DNA of 64,000 bases, taken from positions 210,118,001 to 210,182,000 of the forward strand of contig OZ024742.1 in assembly GCA_964016885.1 (NCBI GenBank), in the 5' to 3' direction. Positions within the stretch are counted from its first letter, which is position 1. Every line of letters starts with the position of its first letter. Below are positions 63,701 through 64,000 of the stretch, one piece after another. The translations under genes were made by a program, and so were the position numbers. This stretch comes from Eledone cirrhosa (lineage: Eukaryota). A model generated the notes under the pieces. That model did no database searches, had not been told where the DNA came from, and saw only the letters and a list, made by a program, of their open reading frames with translations.

Positions 63701-64000
63701 GTTTGTCGGTAAAGACAAGTTTAGCTTCCAGTAACCGGGTCCCTGTCTATGAGTTCTATCAAGGTTGACCACTCCGGTCAACAACTTGTGATCCGAATAG
63801 TCAACCATGAACATTCGTGGACAGCTTAATATGTCCCTATCCTTATTTCTAACTAGGAACCTATCTAGGTACGACCTGGATGTTCCGCTGCGATTACTCC
63901 ACGTCCACCGTGGCACAGTCGGAAAATCCAGTCGATATCTATCGGCCAGATCAAATCGGCCGATTAATCGTTTGAGGCTGTTACACCCCCCTCTATCGGG
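60791..64000 (-). mobile_element. L1/Tx1-type LINE, apparently young; continues beyond the window
   Basis: Intact ORF2 plus ~240-bp 3' UTR ending in A-rich AATAAA on the minus strand. Confidence 0.95.
61031..64000 (-). CDS. LINE ORF2 (APE C-terminal part, reverse transcriptase, CCHC), open to the window edge
   Basis: SYLDRF, YSDH, NFRPITLLN, LDQSKAFDRV, IRQGCPLS, AYADDV, KLLGV, CPRCVRDEETVAHAFVHC; no stop in ~989 codons. Confidence 0.95.
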   Translation of the reverse strand, partial: PDRGGCNSLKRLIGRFDLADRYRLDFPTVPRWTWSNRSGTSRSYLDRFLVRNKDRDILSCPRMFMVDYSDHKLLTGVVNLDRTHRQGPGYWKLNLSLPTNKAYSKRISTLVKQRLTGAIVNNRWWDSLKREIRIESIGFSRELASDRNRTERELTNRVEEAIRSGNVAGVLASRTALDQFFDAKHEGCVVRSKIRALGNEGAKAVSWARVTEAKSGNKSTIRSLKDQDGRVILEPERMSAAFQRRFARLFGRGGGPGGAMDFGPYLDGLARLSDGEAKSCERPISATEIGEALSQCGKRKSQGLDGLPYELYVAMPGLFSGLLEAVYCNWQQNGRIPSSVTKGVVTLVRKDENKGDDIDNFRPITLLNTELKILAKVLAKRLALVVGNLLGEAQTCTIASRSIHDNLHLMRYIVERVGNELGFGGALINLDQSKAFDRVDHRYLDAVLAAAGFGPVFKGWIAAMHSSNTCSRVKVNGYLSEPFQITRSIRQGCPLSSLLYVLALEPLLRKLELLQGIPLEPGLRKAVSAYADDVTVMVSCASEIGQIGTLLKEYERFTGAKLNRDKSVGLQLGTWRGKTMPSDGIIGRWTEGPVKLLGVWFGPDLQVEKNWDEVTGKVFALAQKWAECKLSLKGRAEVANAYIASVIYYRLTVVPCPEKTLAKMERALFRFLWKKRVPLVRRSICCQHPSNGGLGMPWLTMRRHALRLRHLQVFLTGQPVWALFVRRAFPRLLSLTELQSWVKQRPRKVGDWHIECAQALTALWQADPAISGDSTSTFYRGLVRSKCDDALEEALGIEEDELASLFGRTFGPGPMDNFQKSLDWQCHRGALPVRDKLDRHGRPGRDPSKKICPRCVRDEETVAHAFVHCPGVADLWGYVERLLSRVGPIRLTTENIVTIKPPPPFKNEGEAVFLCVIAMAKEVVWWTRLKGLRSDTYLSGQQLVFFFKYQFRRRIRMEREVLYPSKFYERWVKVARMARVNGPSLYISL

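Overview
Eukaryotic, AT-rich, repeat-saturated animal DNA with long (TA)n, (TG)n, (AAT)n and (GA)n tracts. From memory, the tRNA-derived SINEs look like octopus/coleoid cephalopod families; this was not verified by search. Most of the window is transposon sequence: two L1/Tx1-type LINEs (one with an intact ORF2 running off the right end), five RTE-clade LINE copies or fragments, three different Penelope-like elements (PLEs), an R4/Dong-type remnant, a probable eroded Helitron helicase, many SINEs and several MITE/foldback elements. Only one ORF looks like a host gene, a single-pass membrane protein at 20379-21131 (-). The most striking signal is RNA structure. I read eight type-I hammerhead ribozyme (HHR)-like motifs by eye. 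Two have intact cores and sit in divergent orientation in a ~530-bp non-coding cassette (46330-46860) around an NRF1-like palindrome. A second, collapsed sense/antisense pair forms a 40-bp hairpin at 2083-2168. All family names come from motif recognition and all folds were paired manually. Boundaries of degenerate elements are approximate.
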